From Octopus sinensis (taxonomy: Eukaryota): a stretch of 64,000 bases of DNA. Position 1 is the stretch's first letter; every line of letters starts with the position of its first letter. Shown here one piece after another: positions 40,950-55,502 of the stretch. The notes under the pieces were generated by a model. That model saw only the letters and a program-made list of their open reading frames with translations. It ran no database searches and had not been told where the DNA came from. Position numbers and translations under genes: made by a program. The DNA lies in contig NC_043006.1 of the NCBI RefSeq assembly GCF_006345805.1, forward strand, positions 50,282,001 through 50,346,000, written 5' to 3'.

Positions 40950-42500
40950 AGTAAGAATTGTTGTTGCCTGAGGCTTTAAACTTGCAGGTTAGTTCTGAAG
41001 TTTTTAGAAAGGTTTTTGGACTTGTGCATACGAAAGAGAATAAACTCCAATTTTGAGTTCGAGGTTGATTTGCTATGAAATAGCATATTCATTTCTCTCT
41101 GGTGTAGAGGCTGGAGTTACCTATTTTTTGTTCATATATATAAGCCAGTTTATACACTTTTTTATTTGATCTTATAGCTAGTGTTCTATTGGTCTTTTGC
41201 TAACTAAATATGTGTTTTTTAGAAAAGTTTCCGATTCTCGATTGATGTTTCTGAGGATGTTAGTATAGTGAATCTGAAAGTGTTCTCTGTTAAAGTGAGG
41301 TAGAATTTGGCTGTCTTGTTATTATTCGTGAAGACATCTACTCGGTATACAACTGAATTTATAAGATAAAGACCACCATCTAGCGAACAAGTATTTTGGT
41401 TAATGTAGAAACGGTTTAGAGTTGCTGGCGTGTGAAAGGTTCCTGGTGCTGCTATTTGCTATGTGTGCTACAAATTCAGATGTGCAGCTGTAGCTTGTTT
41501 CTTGTCTTTTCTTCAATATTTCATGCATTTTGTGGCTGTTGTTGGAGGAAGCACCTTTATATTGAAATTAAGGTGTTGACGAGGTTTGCTAGGCTTTTAC
41601 AAATAAAGTTGGGATTTGAGGCATAGTATGTTGCGTTTGCGTTGTTCACTGGAGTTACTAGTAGTTCTCACTATGTATTGTATGCTACCCATGAAGAAAC
41701 TTAGCATTAGTGTATCCGTTTAACTGAGAAGCTCTTGTGAAATGGACTCATCTATAAATAGACTTGGTAGGTGAATAATATTATTCACTAAGGCATTAAC
41801 GATGAAAATAATTAGATAAATAATGTGTTGATACATAGTAGACTCGACTCGTTACATTTGTTTTTTTAAAGGAGAAATAACGGCCACTGCTTAGGTTAAG
41901 CGCAATATATCTACGAAGGAAAGTTTTGCTGAATTTTTTTTTCTTCCTTTATGGTTCTTTTGTCTTGATTATAAAGCTTAGTCTACTAATTTCAGTTGTA
42001 GTGGTTTTCAGTAATCTCTAGGTGGGCTTATAGGAGAAGTTTTGATGGTGGCCTTTAAGAGCTATTTAAGGTGTGTATAGTACTAAGCGTTCAACTCTCT
42101 CTTCCATGTCTAATTTGGAATGTGTTTTCAGCTCTTGGTTTATCAAGTCGAAATTATTGTAGTGATGTATCTTTTGTAAATGTCGGTTGTCCTTTACAGA
42201 AGAGTTTATTGTATCTATACCAAACAGGTTCGTACCAGTTGCTTTTCTTTTGTCCGACAGTACAAAGATATTTTATGAAACTGAATTTAGTTATAATATT
42301 TTGGAAAATCTACTTGAAACCATCCACATTTATAAAACCAGCCACACATTGTTGAAGATATCAGAATCAAAGTTGTGTAACTATTTGTTGTTTTCCGAAC
42401 AAGTGTCGAAATAGGCATATTCTTTTGTTCCGACATCCTCGGTTCAGTATAAGAAATAGGCACATTCTTGAAAATTGAACTGTATTTTATTTCATAATTC
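40950..42500 (-). pseudogene. Highly decayed Penelope-like ORF (different family)
   Basis: Minus-strand remnants CSLDGG..INSVVY, KFYLTLTENTF and NSKLEF..MHK resemble a PLE GIY-YIG C-terminus; boundaries approximate. Confidence 0.5.
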
Positions 42501-42843
42501 AACTCTTTAACTAAGCTGCAATGTGTGATCGGCGGTGAGAGCTACATAATGACTGGTTATATCAAATGGCTAGTTACATCAAACTGGGGTAATTGCAATT
42601 AAGTGAAAAGTTATCGATTCTCTGACGTAGAGTAGCATACTATTTATTCAATGCTGATTTGGTGTTAGCCGCTTCCTAATGTACACGGTCCTGATTTTCA
42701 GGCGACTGGTAATAAACTTATGGAGTTTCTTTATGTATATCTCGGTTGGAGAAACTTGATAAGAAGTTATAAGTTCTCATATAAGTATTTATCAATGCAA
42801 AAAAGTATAAAACATTTTCTGAAAAACATTCAAAATGTGTTTC

Positions 42844-43062
42844 GTTTTGGGATTTGGTTTGCAAGATTCTTTATGTGAGTTCGTGTGTTGAAGCATATTT
42901 TGTTGTTTCTGGGGAGAGTCATTCTCTTTTAGGGCCTTATTATTTAACACACTCACCGGTACAGTAGAAAAATATATAAGTAAATGAGCAGAAACTTTAC
43001 CGGTGAGTGTGTTAGATAATAAGGCACTAAAAGAGGATGACTCTCCTCAGACACAACAAAAG
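42844..43062. mobile_element. Asymmetric inverted-repeat insertion flanked by 14-bp direct repeats
   Basis: Arms about 42898-42960 / 42998-43061; tcaaaatgtgtttc on both sides; same family at 48340-48569. Confidence 0.7.
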
Positions 43063-43599
43063 TCAAAATGTGTTTCTACGAAATATTTCTGTTTAATAGT
43101 TTGTATTAAAAGTTCTATAAAATTTCCATAAATATAAGTTCGTATGGAAACTTCTGTGAGAAATTTTAAAGAAATTAAGTCTATGATAAATAACAAATGG
43201 TAAATAATGAATATTATAGGAAGTCTTTAACAAAGGGGAATGTTTGTGTGAAGTTTAAAACAAAATTACAATGAGCACTACAAGAGAGAATTAAATAACT
43301 CTATATTGGTTTAGCACCATGAATAATTTTGACAATGTTATTCAGCCACAAAGGTAATGGCTGTGTGTTTACGGTAGATGTTTCTTGAATGTACTGTCTT
43401 GTAGTAGACATTAAATTTACAAGATCTATTATTCATATTTGCAAGATCTATTATTATATTTACAAGATCTATTATTCAATGAAAGTATTATGAGTATAAC
43501 CTTTCTATTAACGGACCTATAGTATTTAAAGTTCCCATGTTGGTAGAGAAAATTTTCTTCTATTCAATGTTATTATTCAACAGCACCGTTACACCCGCT

Positions 43600-44070
43600 T
43601 CTTCACAGACACTTTCGCCACGGCTCAGTCAAGAAAATCTTTATAACCGAAGATTTCGTCACGTTTCTTGCGCCTAGCAGAGGGATGATGCCATTTCGTG
43701 CACTAAGCCTTATATATACGCCCATAATCTATCTTCAGTCAGTAGTTCGAAAAAACGTGATTTCATTGACTTTAAACACTTTCAGCAGATCAGATAAAAC
43801 CTCCAGCATTCGCTCTTTCAAATCGGATGCATTATTATCACAGTGTAGTTGTACAACAAGCTCACAGATTGTGACTCGTTTGAGCGACTCAATTCATCAA
43901 CTCTTTAGTGGTCGTAGTTTTTGACCTCCTACTGCGTGGTTGGTCTCCAGTGCTGATTTTTCCGTCTTTAAATATCTTTATGCATCTTGTCTCCATAAAC
44001 AATTTGTAGACGCCTCTAGAATTACCACTTCTTCATCAAAAACTTAATAACGGTCCGTTGTTTCTGCTTG
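43600..44070 (-). mobile_element. Decayed mariner N-terminal fragment
   Basis: Minus-strand remnants KQRTVIKFL and DQPRSRRSKTT. Confidence 0.45.
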
Positions 44071-44322
44071 GAACCCATTATTTGCTTTCAACGGGGGAGA
44101 AGCAGAAGAGTTACTCTAACAACACGTGCAACTTCAACAACTTACGTCAGTCAATTATAAAATGCTAACTTTTGTATTACTTTCGATATAACCGTCTTAT
44201 TATATGAGTATATATATATAAATACATGTTTATCTGATAGTGTATGCATGTATATATGTATGTATGCATGTATGTATTTATGTATGTATGAATGTATGTA
44301 TATATATATATACATGCAACAT

Positions 44323-44364
<42 letters not shown>

Positions 44365-44444
44365 ACATATACACATGGGTATATGTATATATACATATAT
44401 ATATACATATATATATGTGTGTGTGTGTGTACCCATGTGTATGA

Positions 44445-45320
44445 GTCTACAATTTTGTCATGGACAGGAAGTTTGAACAAAAAGCCAACTTTAAAATTTT
44501 GCTTTAAACTTGTGACGTCTGCTACAGAGACATTGAGCATGCTTCGACAACCTTACGATGATGTGGCAATGTGTCGTACACAATATTTTGAGAGTCACGG
44601 GTGCTTCAAAAGCAGAAGAACGTCCCTGAAAGACGATGAGCGATCTGGAAGCCCTCTCACGAGTCATACATCCGAAAATGTGGAAACAAAATTGATCATC
44701 TTGTGCATGACGATCGTAGGAGGACAATTAACGACATTGCTGATGTTTTGATCTGTCGTATGAGTCCGTACAGGCAATACTGACGTCAGAATTGAACATA
44801 CGGTGTGTCTCAGGCAAGTTTGTCCCCCACCTGTCGTCAAGATCTCCGTCAGCGTATCGCTGATGACCCATTCTTCATGTCCAGGATCATCACCGGTGAC
44901 GAGAGTTGGGTCTACGGGCGCACAGACTGGGATGAGGTAGCAGTCATCACAATGGAAGAGCACTTCATCTCCAGGACCGTTTTTGGTATCCGCAGTATTG
45001 TGCATCGAGAGTACGACCTCCAGAGCCAGACAGTCAATCGAAAGTTCTACGATGACGTTTTGAAGCGTTTGATGGAGAACATTCGGCGAAAGCGACCGGA
45101 TATATGTGAGCGAAGAATTGGATTCTTCATGACGACAATGCCACCGAACTCTTCTCGGTGTATTTCTCGGTGAGTTTCTTGCCAAGAAACAACACGGTAT
45201 CTCCTCCGCACCCGCCTATTCGCCATGTTTAGCATCTGCGGATTTCCATCTCTTCCCCAAGATGAAAATGAAGCGCAAAGCTTTTTTAACGCCTTTGTCG
45301 AGATCCAGAGCGCATATTAT
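44445..45320 (+). mobile_element. Decayed mariner transposase (second family)
   Basis: LKFCFKL..SATETLSML, SLKDDERSGSP, IITGDESWVYG, HPPYSP-like segment followed by ADFHLFPKMK. Confidence 0.88.
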
Positions 45321-45764
45321 TTATGTTTATCAAAGTAAGAAAGCAAGACAGCAAAAACAAAAATATTTGGCAAACAGAAAGCAGTATGGCATGCTCAGGG
45401 CTTAAACAAAAGTTTTCATATTTTCCTGTACCCACACCTGTGTATACTTGCACACACACATACACACACACACACACGTAAGCACTCAAACACATAGACG
45501 TGCACACATGCACATACTCATACACATACCCACGTACATGAAAAATAAACCATCAACACAAAGAAATTTCAAATTCCAAATTTTAAAATACACACATATA
45601 CGCAAGACAAAACCGCATACATTAAGAATTTTGAAATAGACAAACATATACAAATAGATACGAATAAAGAACCTTCTAATATGCAAAGTATACAACGCAG
45701 TTACACCAATGTATACCAACGCACTTAGACAATAATCTTTTCTACTAAACAAAAACAAGACCTG

Positions 45765-45905
45765 AAATTCTGGGGCACGAGTTTAGTCAACCAAATTGAT
45801 CATAGTGCTCAACTGGTACTTAATTTAGAGGGAAAGTCGACCGTGGCAAAATTGAAACTCAGAAAATGAAAGCGAACGAAAAGCCGCTAAGCATTTCGTC
45901 CGGCG
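45765..45905 (-). mobile_element. Diverged SINE family A
   Basis: aactggtacttaattt, aaagtcgacc, gaaactcagaa, ccgctaagcatttcgtccggcg. Confidence 0.65.
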
Positions 45906-46440
45906 CAAAAAGACGCTCAAACCGAGTCATAAACAAATACATGTATATCAAGATTCTTCAACTACACAAACTGAGAAAATATTATAGAAGCACAAATACA
46001 CACAGACGCATATACGTATACTAAGAATCTTCAGATACAGACGTATAAATACAAACACACACAGACACACGTGCACACATTTTTGTTTTCATTTTCTATG
46101 TGTTTCAATCATTAGACATGAAGCATTTCTTTTAGTTTCCGTCTACCAAATGCACTGACAGAGCTTTGGTTGATATGGGAATATAGTAGAAGATACTTAC
46201 CCAAGTGCCCATGGAATGGAACCGAACGCGGAACAAACCAGACTTCTCACCATATAACAGCCCCTGCGGCTATATGTGAAGAATTTGTAAAAAGTATTTT
46301 GCGTGTAATGGTCATTTACATATTGATGTGTGTATAATCAACTTGTAATTGTTTACGTGCATATGTATGCACGTATATATATATATATATACACACACAC
46401 ACATATATATATATATATATTATATATATATATATATATA

Positions 46441-46497
<57 letters not shown>

Positions 46498-47051
46498 CAT
46501 ATATATCTGTGTGTGTGTGTGTGTGTGGTATTTGTGTGATATTTAATTGTTTCATCTATCTATAAATATCTACATGTGCACGCACATATCCAGTATTAAC
46601 ACATATACATACTACTCAGGGTTTATATCTAGATCTTATCCTAGTAGGAATTAAATAATCTCAGTAGGAAGTACATAAATTTAGTATACCTTTATTTGTC
46701 AACTTATGAAAGATTTATAATTATTTCTACTAATTATTATTAAAAAGTTTTTGCTTTTGCTACAAGAAATTTAATAATGAAGCACGCAATTCAGTAAGTA
46801 TAGATCGATATTATTTTGTGGACAATTCTTTAGAAAGTGCAATCCTAATTAGGTAATATTTACAATCGTATAGACTGGGTGTTTTTCTTTATAAAATTTA
46901 ACTTAAATTTTATTCTAGTTTAAAGAATATAGGCTGTTGTGACTTGTCTTTATAAGTATTATAAGTACTATTTGATTAAAGTAGAAATAGTATTTCTTAT
47001 CTAAGATAACGTCCAACTGTTCGTTGCGACAGAAATGTATCTATCTTTCTA

Positions 47052-47141
<90 letters not shown>

Positions 47142-47142
<1 letters not shown>

Positions 47143-47791
47143 CGCGCCTTCTTCCTTGAAACGGGAAGGAAGAGCCTTTTTCATAGTACTTGTGGCTATG
47201 GCGAAAGAATGCGTATGGTGGACGCGTCTGAAAGGTCTAGAGACAAACACTTTCATCTGTGGTCAATCTCTCACCAACTTCTTCAAGTATCACTTGAAGA
47301 GGAAGGTGAGAGTAGAGAGGGACGTTTTGTCTAGTGAATGTTTCAAAAAGAGATGGGTGAATGTAGCAAGGATGGCACGTGTGAATGACGGAGCCAGCTT
47401 GAGCATAATCCTATGAATCAAAAGAAAAAAAAAAAACAAAGGAAAAAGGAGAGCCATTTACGGTGATGTGTTTTCTTTTTGCATGACACTATTGCCCAAG
47501 GTTCCCGTGGTCTTTTCCGCAGGCTTTTTTATCCACGGACAAACCTAATCTGTTTTCCCTTTTTACATTGTCATTTCTGTGATACACGATCCCTATTGAT
47601 CGACCCCACTTTTTTTTACACGATCCCTTTTGATCGGCATTCCCCCTCCTTATTTTTAACGATCCCTTTTGATCGGAATTCGCCCCTCTTTTTTCCCCCT
47701 TCTCTTCTTCCTAAAAAGAAAAGCTCTACTTACAAAGTAGCGCTTTTCTTTTGTCCCTTCTGTGTTTAGCCCTGCGTGGCCAATAAAGAAA
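47142..47791 (+). mobile_element. 3' fragment of an L1/Tx1-like LINE inside (TATC)n
   Basis: VAMAKECVWWTR..CFKKRW C-terminus, stop at 47416, pyrimidine-rich UTR ending AATAAAG; (TATC)n on both sides. Confidence 0.6.
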
Positions 47792-47795
47792 TCTG

Positions 47796-47929
<134 letters not shown>

Positions 47930-48191
47930 CATGCAGAAGATTTATATGTATACCAGTTGCTAGAAATAGCCATGTAACCACACATGTTTTCCTTCTTCCT
48001 TTCCTCCTCGATGGACATTTTCCTCTATCCGATGAAAAACTATGCTTGAAACATTATTTTCACTCGTATTTTCCCATCTAAAACGTTCATTGAACGTTAG
48101 TCTATTATTCAATGTGAACATTTAATTAATTCTTATTGCTTTTTCCTGTTTTTTTTTGTTTTTCTTTTTGTATTTGAGATGTCCGTATATA

Positions 48192-48320
48192 TATGGCCTA
48201 GTGGTTAGGGTGTTGCACTCACGATCTAACGATACTGACTTGAATTCCTAGACCGGGTAGTGAGTGATGTTCTTGAGTCAAACCCACCATCTCACGTTGT
48301 TCTGCGATCACTTCATCACC
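48192..48320 (+). mobile_element. tRNA-like SINE head
   Basis: TGGCCTAGTGGTTAGGG A box, TTGAATTCC B-box-like. Confidence 0.55.
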
Positions 48321-48339
48321 TATGTACATATATATATAC

Positions 48340-48569
48340 TGTTGTGAGAGTCATTTTCTTTTTGTGCCTTATAATTTAACACACTATTGAATAAGTTGCA
48401 AGACGCAACGAAAATTTTAGGAAAATAAAAATAAGGAATAAGTGGAAATTTTTCCGGTGAGTGTGTTAAATTATAAGGCACATAAAGAAAATGACTCTCC
48501 CCAGTCACAACAGAATATGCTTCAACACACGAATAACGAATCATGCAAACCAAATCCCAAAACGAAATA
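48340..48569. repeat. Asymmetric inverted repeat, family of 42844-43062
   Basis: gagagtcattttc..gtgccttataatttaacacact / agtgtgttaaattataaggcac..gaaaatgactctc. Confidence 0.7.
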
Positions 48570-48586
48570 TATATATATATATATAT

Positions 48587-48652
<66 letters not shown>

Positions 48653-48693
48653 TATATATATATATATATATATATAGATATATATATATATAT

Positions 48694-48741
<48 letters not shown>

Positions 48742-49150
48742 GTCTGTATGGAAAGAAGTTGTTCTTTCCTAGAAATACATTTTATCCAAGGGTACACCAG
48801 TTTAGCTTTATATCGATTAACGTGTTTATCTTTGATTCGTCTTCGATATTAGTACCTTACTCACCATCCTTAAAGATATATATATATATATATAAATTAT
48901 ATGTCAATTTGCCGTGAGGAGGTCTTTTGCGTTTTTCAATTTCATAGTGCACTTTAAATGTGTAAATATGGATCAGAGCAATCGACCGAAACATATTTTA
49001 TTTATTTTTATTTTTTTATCTAGTTTCAGCTCACAAGCTGTGGCCATGCTGGGGCACCGCCATTTAAAAATGAAGTGACATATGAAGTGACTATTGTAAT
49101 AAATAAATTGACTATCATATATATATGTATTCTCCATTCTCTTTATATAT

Positions 49151-49215
<65 letters not shown>

Positions 49216-49467
49216 GTGGAGGCGCAATGGCCTAGTGGTTTCGATTCCCAGACCGGGTGTTGTGAGTGTTTATTGAGCGAAAACACCTAAAAGCTCCACG
49301 AAGCTCCGGCAGGGGGTGGTGATCCCTGCTGTACTCTTTCACCACTCTTTCTCTCACTCTTTCTTCTGTTGGCCTGCTCGCTTAGCCAGCGGGGTGGCGT
49401 CATTCGAAGGCTAAAACAATGCGAACGCATTGTGACCAGCGGTGTGTAGCAAGATCTGATGGTCTAT

Positions 49468-49475
<8 letters not shown>
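49216..49475 (+). mobile_element. tRNA-derived SINE, family C
   Basis: TGGCCTAGTGGTT followed by TCGATTCCC; the tail matches the reverse complement of 62492-62614. Confidence 0.75.
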
Positions 49476-49556
<81 letters not shown>

Positions 49557-49835
49557 TGTGAGTGTGTTGTTATACTTGAAAATTCTATTTTAGTTTATCA
49601 CTTAACTTTTCACTTTTCCAATTCTTTGAAAATACTCCACGGACACTTTGTTGGCGTTGAATAATTTTAAAAGTGTTAGAGGTTTTAGTTTAAATAACTT
49701 AACACTCAGAGTTTTGTCTGTTTTATGAGAAAGGGATTTTTTTGAAATTTTTTCTTATCTTTATTCTTCCCATAAACTATCTCTAATACATATTAATGAT
49801 AGCTAAATTAAAAACAATAATTAAATATATATATT

Positions 49836-50275
49836 TACTCTTTTATTCTTTTCCTCCTTTCAGTCATTTGACTGTGGCCATGCTGGAGCGCCGCCTTTAG
49901 TCGACCAAATCAACCCCACGACTTATTCTTTGTAAACCTAGTACTTATTCTATCGATCACTTTTGGCGGACCGCTAAGTTACAGGGACATAAACACACCA
50001 TCATCGGTTGTCAAGCGATGTTGGGGGGACAAACACAGACACACAAACACACATACACACACATATATATATATTTACATATATTCGACGGGCTTCTTTC
50101 AGTTTCCGTCTACCAAATCCACTCACAAGGCTTTGGTCGGCCCGAGGCTATAGTAGAAGACACTTGCCCAAAGTGCCACGCAGTCGGACCGAACCCGGAA
50201 CCATGTGGTTCGTTAGCAAGCTACGTACCACACAGCCACTCCTACGCCTATATACTTACCACACAGCCACTCCTA
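49836..50275 (-). mobile_element. SINE family B, full length
   Basis: Reverse complement of 37805-38288. Confidence 0.88.
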
Positions 50276-50604
50276 CAACTATATTAGTTAACTTATTTAA
50301 AACGCTAACTTAATTTGTATAATTAATTAAGTATATCGATACCTCCTTGTAAATAAAATACGATCGTTTTTCTTCTATCATTAAGCGTTGCAAAATAACA
50401 ATTCAAAATAGTCATCTTGTGAGGTCATATTTTCCCTAGCGAGAACATATTAAAATATATATCGATTGTATTATGAAGTACAACCGGAAGATGTAGATAG
50501 ACATTGATTATATCGCTATTTTTTATGCATGTTTAGATTCTTAGTACTTGACATAATAGTTGAATACCACTATATAGTTAAATATTTAGATATCATTATC
50601 TTTA

Positions 50605-50815
50605 TTATTTACTTGGTTCAGTCCTTAGACAGCGGCCATGCTGGGGCACCGCATTGAAGAGTTTATTGAATAAAACGATCACAGTACATATTTTTTGTAT
50701 GTTTTAAAGTCTGGTATTTAGTCGGTTAGTCTCTTTTGCAGACTCATTAAGCTCGAGGGACGTAAACAAACTAATACCCGTTGTTAAGGCATAGTTGGGA
50801 ACAAACGCCAAAAAC
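50605..50815 (-). mobile_element. Diverged SINE family B 3' half
   Basis: gcggccatgctggggcaccgc, gggacgtaaacaa landmarks. Confidence 0.55.
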
Positions 50816-51552
50816 AGAAACAAAAAAGAAACACACACATACACACACACACATGTATATATAAAGCCAGTGCCATGGACATTTGAATAAATTTATTACA
50901 GCAAGTAGTCAGTACCATAGATATTCAAACAAAACTTATTACATCAAGTAAAGGTGACTTACCTATCGTTTAAATAAATGTAAAGTAAATAATTGATGTT
51001 TTCATTAGTAGTTTCAAATTTTGTAATATTTTTTGAAAAAAACATATCTTTTATTTGATCTATTTTGAAGCATTTTCTCATACAAAATTTAAACGCTAAT
51101 AAAATTTAGTGATTATAGCTTTTTAAACTAATATAACTATTAGAACTTTCAAAGTAAGGTATTGATCGTTATGTATTACTAATACTACTACTTTTATTGA
51201 AAATATTTACACTCTCCTTCTTCTTTGTTTCTTTCTATCAGAAATAGATACTAACTAGATTCCAAATATAGCATGATAACAGATCCTGTTATCTTAAGTG
51301 GTTTTATTGATTTTTCTAAAAAAACCTTTCTATCCAGCGGTGTTTTGTTTGTGTTATATGTTCTTTTGTTCCTTTTAAATTTGACCTGTATCAATAAGAT
51401 AGAAATAGTGGCGATAAACAGTTTCGATCTCTGAAGATAATATGATTAACACAAAGAAACGGTGGGCCAGATCAGATTTAAAATTGAAATTTGAATTCTG
51501 TCTGTCTGTATGTATGTATGTCTGTCTGTCTGTATGTATGTATGTATGTATG

Positions 51553-51583
<31 letters not shown>

Positions 51584-51596
51584 GTGTGTATGAACG

Positions 51597-51681
<85 letters not shown>

Positions 51682-51878
51682 GTCTGTCTGTCTATCTGTC
51701 TATCTGTCTAGCAAGCTAGCTAGCTAACACAGACATGCACATTTTTCCCGACACTCACATTTATATATAAATATGTGAGTGCCAGGGAAATTTACATGTG
51801 TATGTTATCTAGCTAGCCAGACAGATAGATAGACAGATATTCAAATTTCAATCTCTCTCTCTCTTTCTCTTCTTTCTC

Positions 51879-51954
<76 letters not shown>

Positions 51955-51955
51955 A

Positions 51956-52017
<62 letters not shown>

Positions 52018-52608
52018 CACACATTTTGAGGGGGTAATTTCCTCTTAAGTAATTGTTAATAACAATCCAGAAACCAACTGGCTTTCTCAAATATATTCAA
52101 AGAAAGTTCCTCAATATATATGTATAAACAGTGTAATAAATCATAAATTATAAAGTTAATAAAAGATAAAATATAATAGATATTTGGTTCATTTTATTTG
52201 TATCACAATGGAAAAGTAGTGCAAAGTAAAAGTGACACCAATAAGAATAAGGATAGAAGGAACCAGATCAACAAAACAACCACAAAATATCCGAAAAATA
52301 TCCTACACATATTTCAATCCGACAGTATGCTTGAATCATTGACTTTCAAACGAATATAGATGCAATAAACGATATATTTCCGGGTATTTTCTGGGGTAAA
52401 TAAGTATATTTTCCGGTCTTGAATTACGAAATAACTAATTTGAGGACTGTGTTTAAAAATTTTCCAGTGTACACAACAACTTATTAGAACGCAGAGTTCA
52501 TGTGATTAGATATTGAGTGTTGAAAATTTATTTAATATTGATCGGTGAAATGTTGCTAAAACATCAAATGCATCTGTAATATATATATATATATATATAT
52601 AATATATA

Positions 52609-52654
<46 letters not shown>

Positions 52655-52676
52655 GATATATATATACATATATATA

Positions 52677-52707
<31 letters not shown>

Positions 52708-52764
52708 ATATATTCATACATATATATATATATATAGATATAGATATATATATAACATAATATA

Positions 52765-53190
52765 TAAATATATGCATATAAACATAGATATATGTACATA
52801 CCTACATATATATGTATATATAAATGCATATATGGGTACAGGACATCAAAAACGTAGACACAATGAGAAACGAAAACATAAAAACAAAAACATAGAAAAC
52901 GAACTTTTTTTCGAACAAAAAACAAACAAACAGAGAAACGAGACAGGGAACATAAAGAACATTCCCCTTCATCAGTTGTCCCCTGTTTCATCGACTTCGC
53001 GTTACGAAGGTAAGGACAAGATGAGACTTCGTTAAAACAGTCCTTCCCGCAAAGCAAATTAAATAAAATTTGGGATTTTTTTGCGGAGGATGAAAGCCCT
53101 CACCGCTTGTTTTTATTGTCATGTTCTCAGTGTCCTGTTTTTGTTACGACTTTCACCCTCCGCAAAAATTCCCAAATTTTATTTAATTTA
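52765..53190 (-). mobile_element. Single repeat of the permuted-HHR family with an inverted 5' end
   Basis: Homologous to 32520-32850; 53056-53096 is inverted at 53150-53189; decayed HHR at 52964-53026. Confidence 0.7.
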
Positions 53191-53293
53191 CTTATAAATA
53201 TAATAATAATAATAATTATTAGATATATATATTATATATATACACACATATAATTATGCATACATACATACATACAATACATACATACATACA

Positions 53294-53325
<32 letters not shown>

Positions 53326-53395
53326 CATACAATATATATATTATATTATATATATATATAATATATGATCTAATATATATATATATATATATATA

Positions 53396-54995
53396 GGCCC
53401 TGATAGATTCCCCGCTAGTCTACTGAAGGAATGTAGACACCAACTTGCAGTCCCTCTGACCAACCTCTGGAGAAATTCGTTAGACGCAGGTTATATACCG
53501 AAACAGTTTCTATTCCAGTCAGTCATCCCGGTTTTCAAACAGGGAAACAGATCCCTCGCACTCAACTATCGCCCAATCTCACTCACCTCCACCATCATTA
53601 AAGTGTTTGAAAGTGTTAAGATCAAGGATAGCTGACTTCCTGGAGACCCACAAACTCCTAAATGCAAATCAGCATGGCTTTCGCTGTGGCAGGGACTGTC
53701 TAACACAGCTCTTACAACACATTGAAATGTACTCAAAGCCTTGGGAACAGGTTCGAACTCTGATGTCATATATCTTGACTTCAGTAAAGCATTCGAGAGG
53801 GTAGACCATAATATCCTACTCTCAAAATTGGCAAATGTTGGAATCCGTGGAAAAGTTCTACACTGGATTAAGTATTTTCTGGCGAATAGAACACAACATG
53901 TTGTAGTTGACGGAGTCCACTCAAGCCCAGCAAAAGTCAGTAGCGGTGTCCCCAAGGGGACTATCTTGGATCCGCTACTCTTCATAATTTACATAAACGA
54001 CCTTTCCAGTGTCGTACATTACTGCAAAGTGAAAATATTTGCTGATGACACTAAGCTCCAGCAAATCGTCAATGAAGAAGCAGACCGAACTCAACTCCAG
54101 TCTGATCTATATGCTGTGAGTCAATGGGCAGACAGAAACAAAATGCAATTGAACGAGGGAAAATTTGAGCTGATGCATTTTGGAAGAAATTCCTCACTAA
54201 AACAGCCATACTCTCTCCTTCAGGGGAACCGCTCACAGCCTCTAACAATATCAGAGACCTGGTGTAATTGTTGATGACGATCTCAGTTGGAGTGCACACA
54301 TCAACAAGAAGGTCGATATAGCTCGTAGGATGAGTTCCTGGATCTTAAGAACTTTCCGGTCCAGAGAACAAGGTGTCATCATACCACTTTTCTCCTCCTT
54401 TGTACGGCCATACCTCGAATACTGCTGCCCACTGTGGTCTCCTCATACAAGACAAAACATCTCGAGGATTGAATCACCCCAGAGGGCACTCACTAAACGA
54501 ATTGAAGGCATGGCTGCTCTCGATTGTTGGGATCGCCTTAAAGCCTTGAAACTCTACTCTCTCCAGCGTCGCCGTGAGCGGTACATCATTTGTACGATGT
54601 GGAGAATATACCGCCAACTTTGCCTGAACATTAGCTTCAAGGTTCACCCAAGACTGGGACCACGGGCCATACGTTCCCTGCCCAATTCAAGATCACAGCA
54701 TACATGTACACTGCAACATTATTTCTTTTCCTCAACAGGCCCTGCCCTATTCAACATTGTCCCGAAAGAGATCAAAGTGGAAAAGGATCCCATCAACTTT
54801 AAACGGAGTTTGGATAGATTCCTTCAAAGAATACCAGATAAGCCACCCATAATTGGATACAACTCACCCAACAAAAACTCACTACTTGAATGGACCATAA
54901 ACAAAACTTGACTTAGGCAGGATTCAAATAATCCTATCAGGTGGTGCTATTAAGTTAGACATGGCCTGGACCAATCTTCGGTCGAAACATATCTA

Positions 54996-54997
<2 letters not shown>
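53396..54997 (+). mobile_element. 5'-truncated CR1/L2-group LINE, frameshifted RT
   Basis: NYRPISLT, QHGFR, YLDFSKAF, SGVPKGTILDPLLF, FADDTK, RPYLEYCCPLWSP; 3' stem-loop gacc..ggtc; (TA)n on both sides. Confidence 0.92.
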
Positions 54998-55034
<37 letters not shown>

Positions 55035-55471
55035 GCACACACACACTTACACCCTATCACACGCACGCACATGTACGCACACAAACACGTGCAATCACAC
55101 ATATATACATGTAAACAAAGTATATCCGAATTGATCCGAAGTTATTTTCTTAGTCACAAGATCGCGTTCTATCCCGCTGTGTGACATTTCACTAAATATC
55201 TTTTCACTCTAGCATCAAGTCCTCCTATACCTTCTACGTGTAACTCGAGAGACGGAATCTGTGTGGAAACTTGGCCGATGGATCGTAGCAATATTTCAAG
55301 ATACCAATAATGCCACTCTATATCACATTGATTCTACATTAGATCTACGTGAAGATTACACGTGTCTTTCGAATATTCTGTCCCTTTCAGACTAATTCCA
55401 CAAGCTTAACAATAACTCTTGATCGGACAACCGAATACTAATAATTGGATTTGCTGACCGACATCCAGTAC

Positions 55472-55502
<31 letters not shown>

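Noticed and set aside
43415-43478. Three copies of about 21 bp (caagatctattatt), superficially array-like
   Set aside because: Simple minisatellite with no unique spacers; not CRISPR
54955-54995. GACC..GGTC GAAAC motif resembling a hammerhead
   Set aside because: No CUGANGA upstream; better explained as the LINE 3' stem-loop
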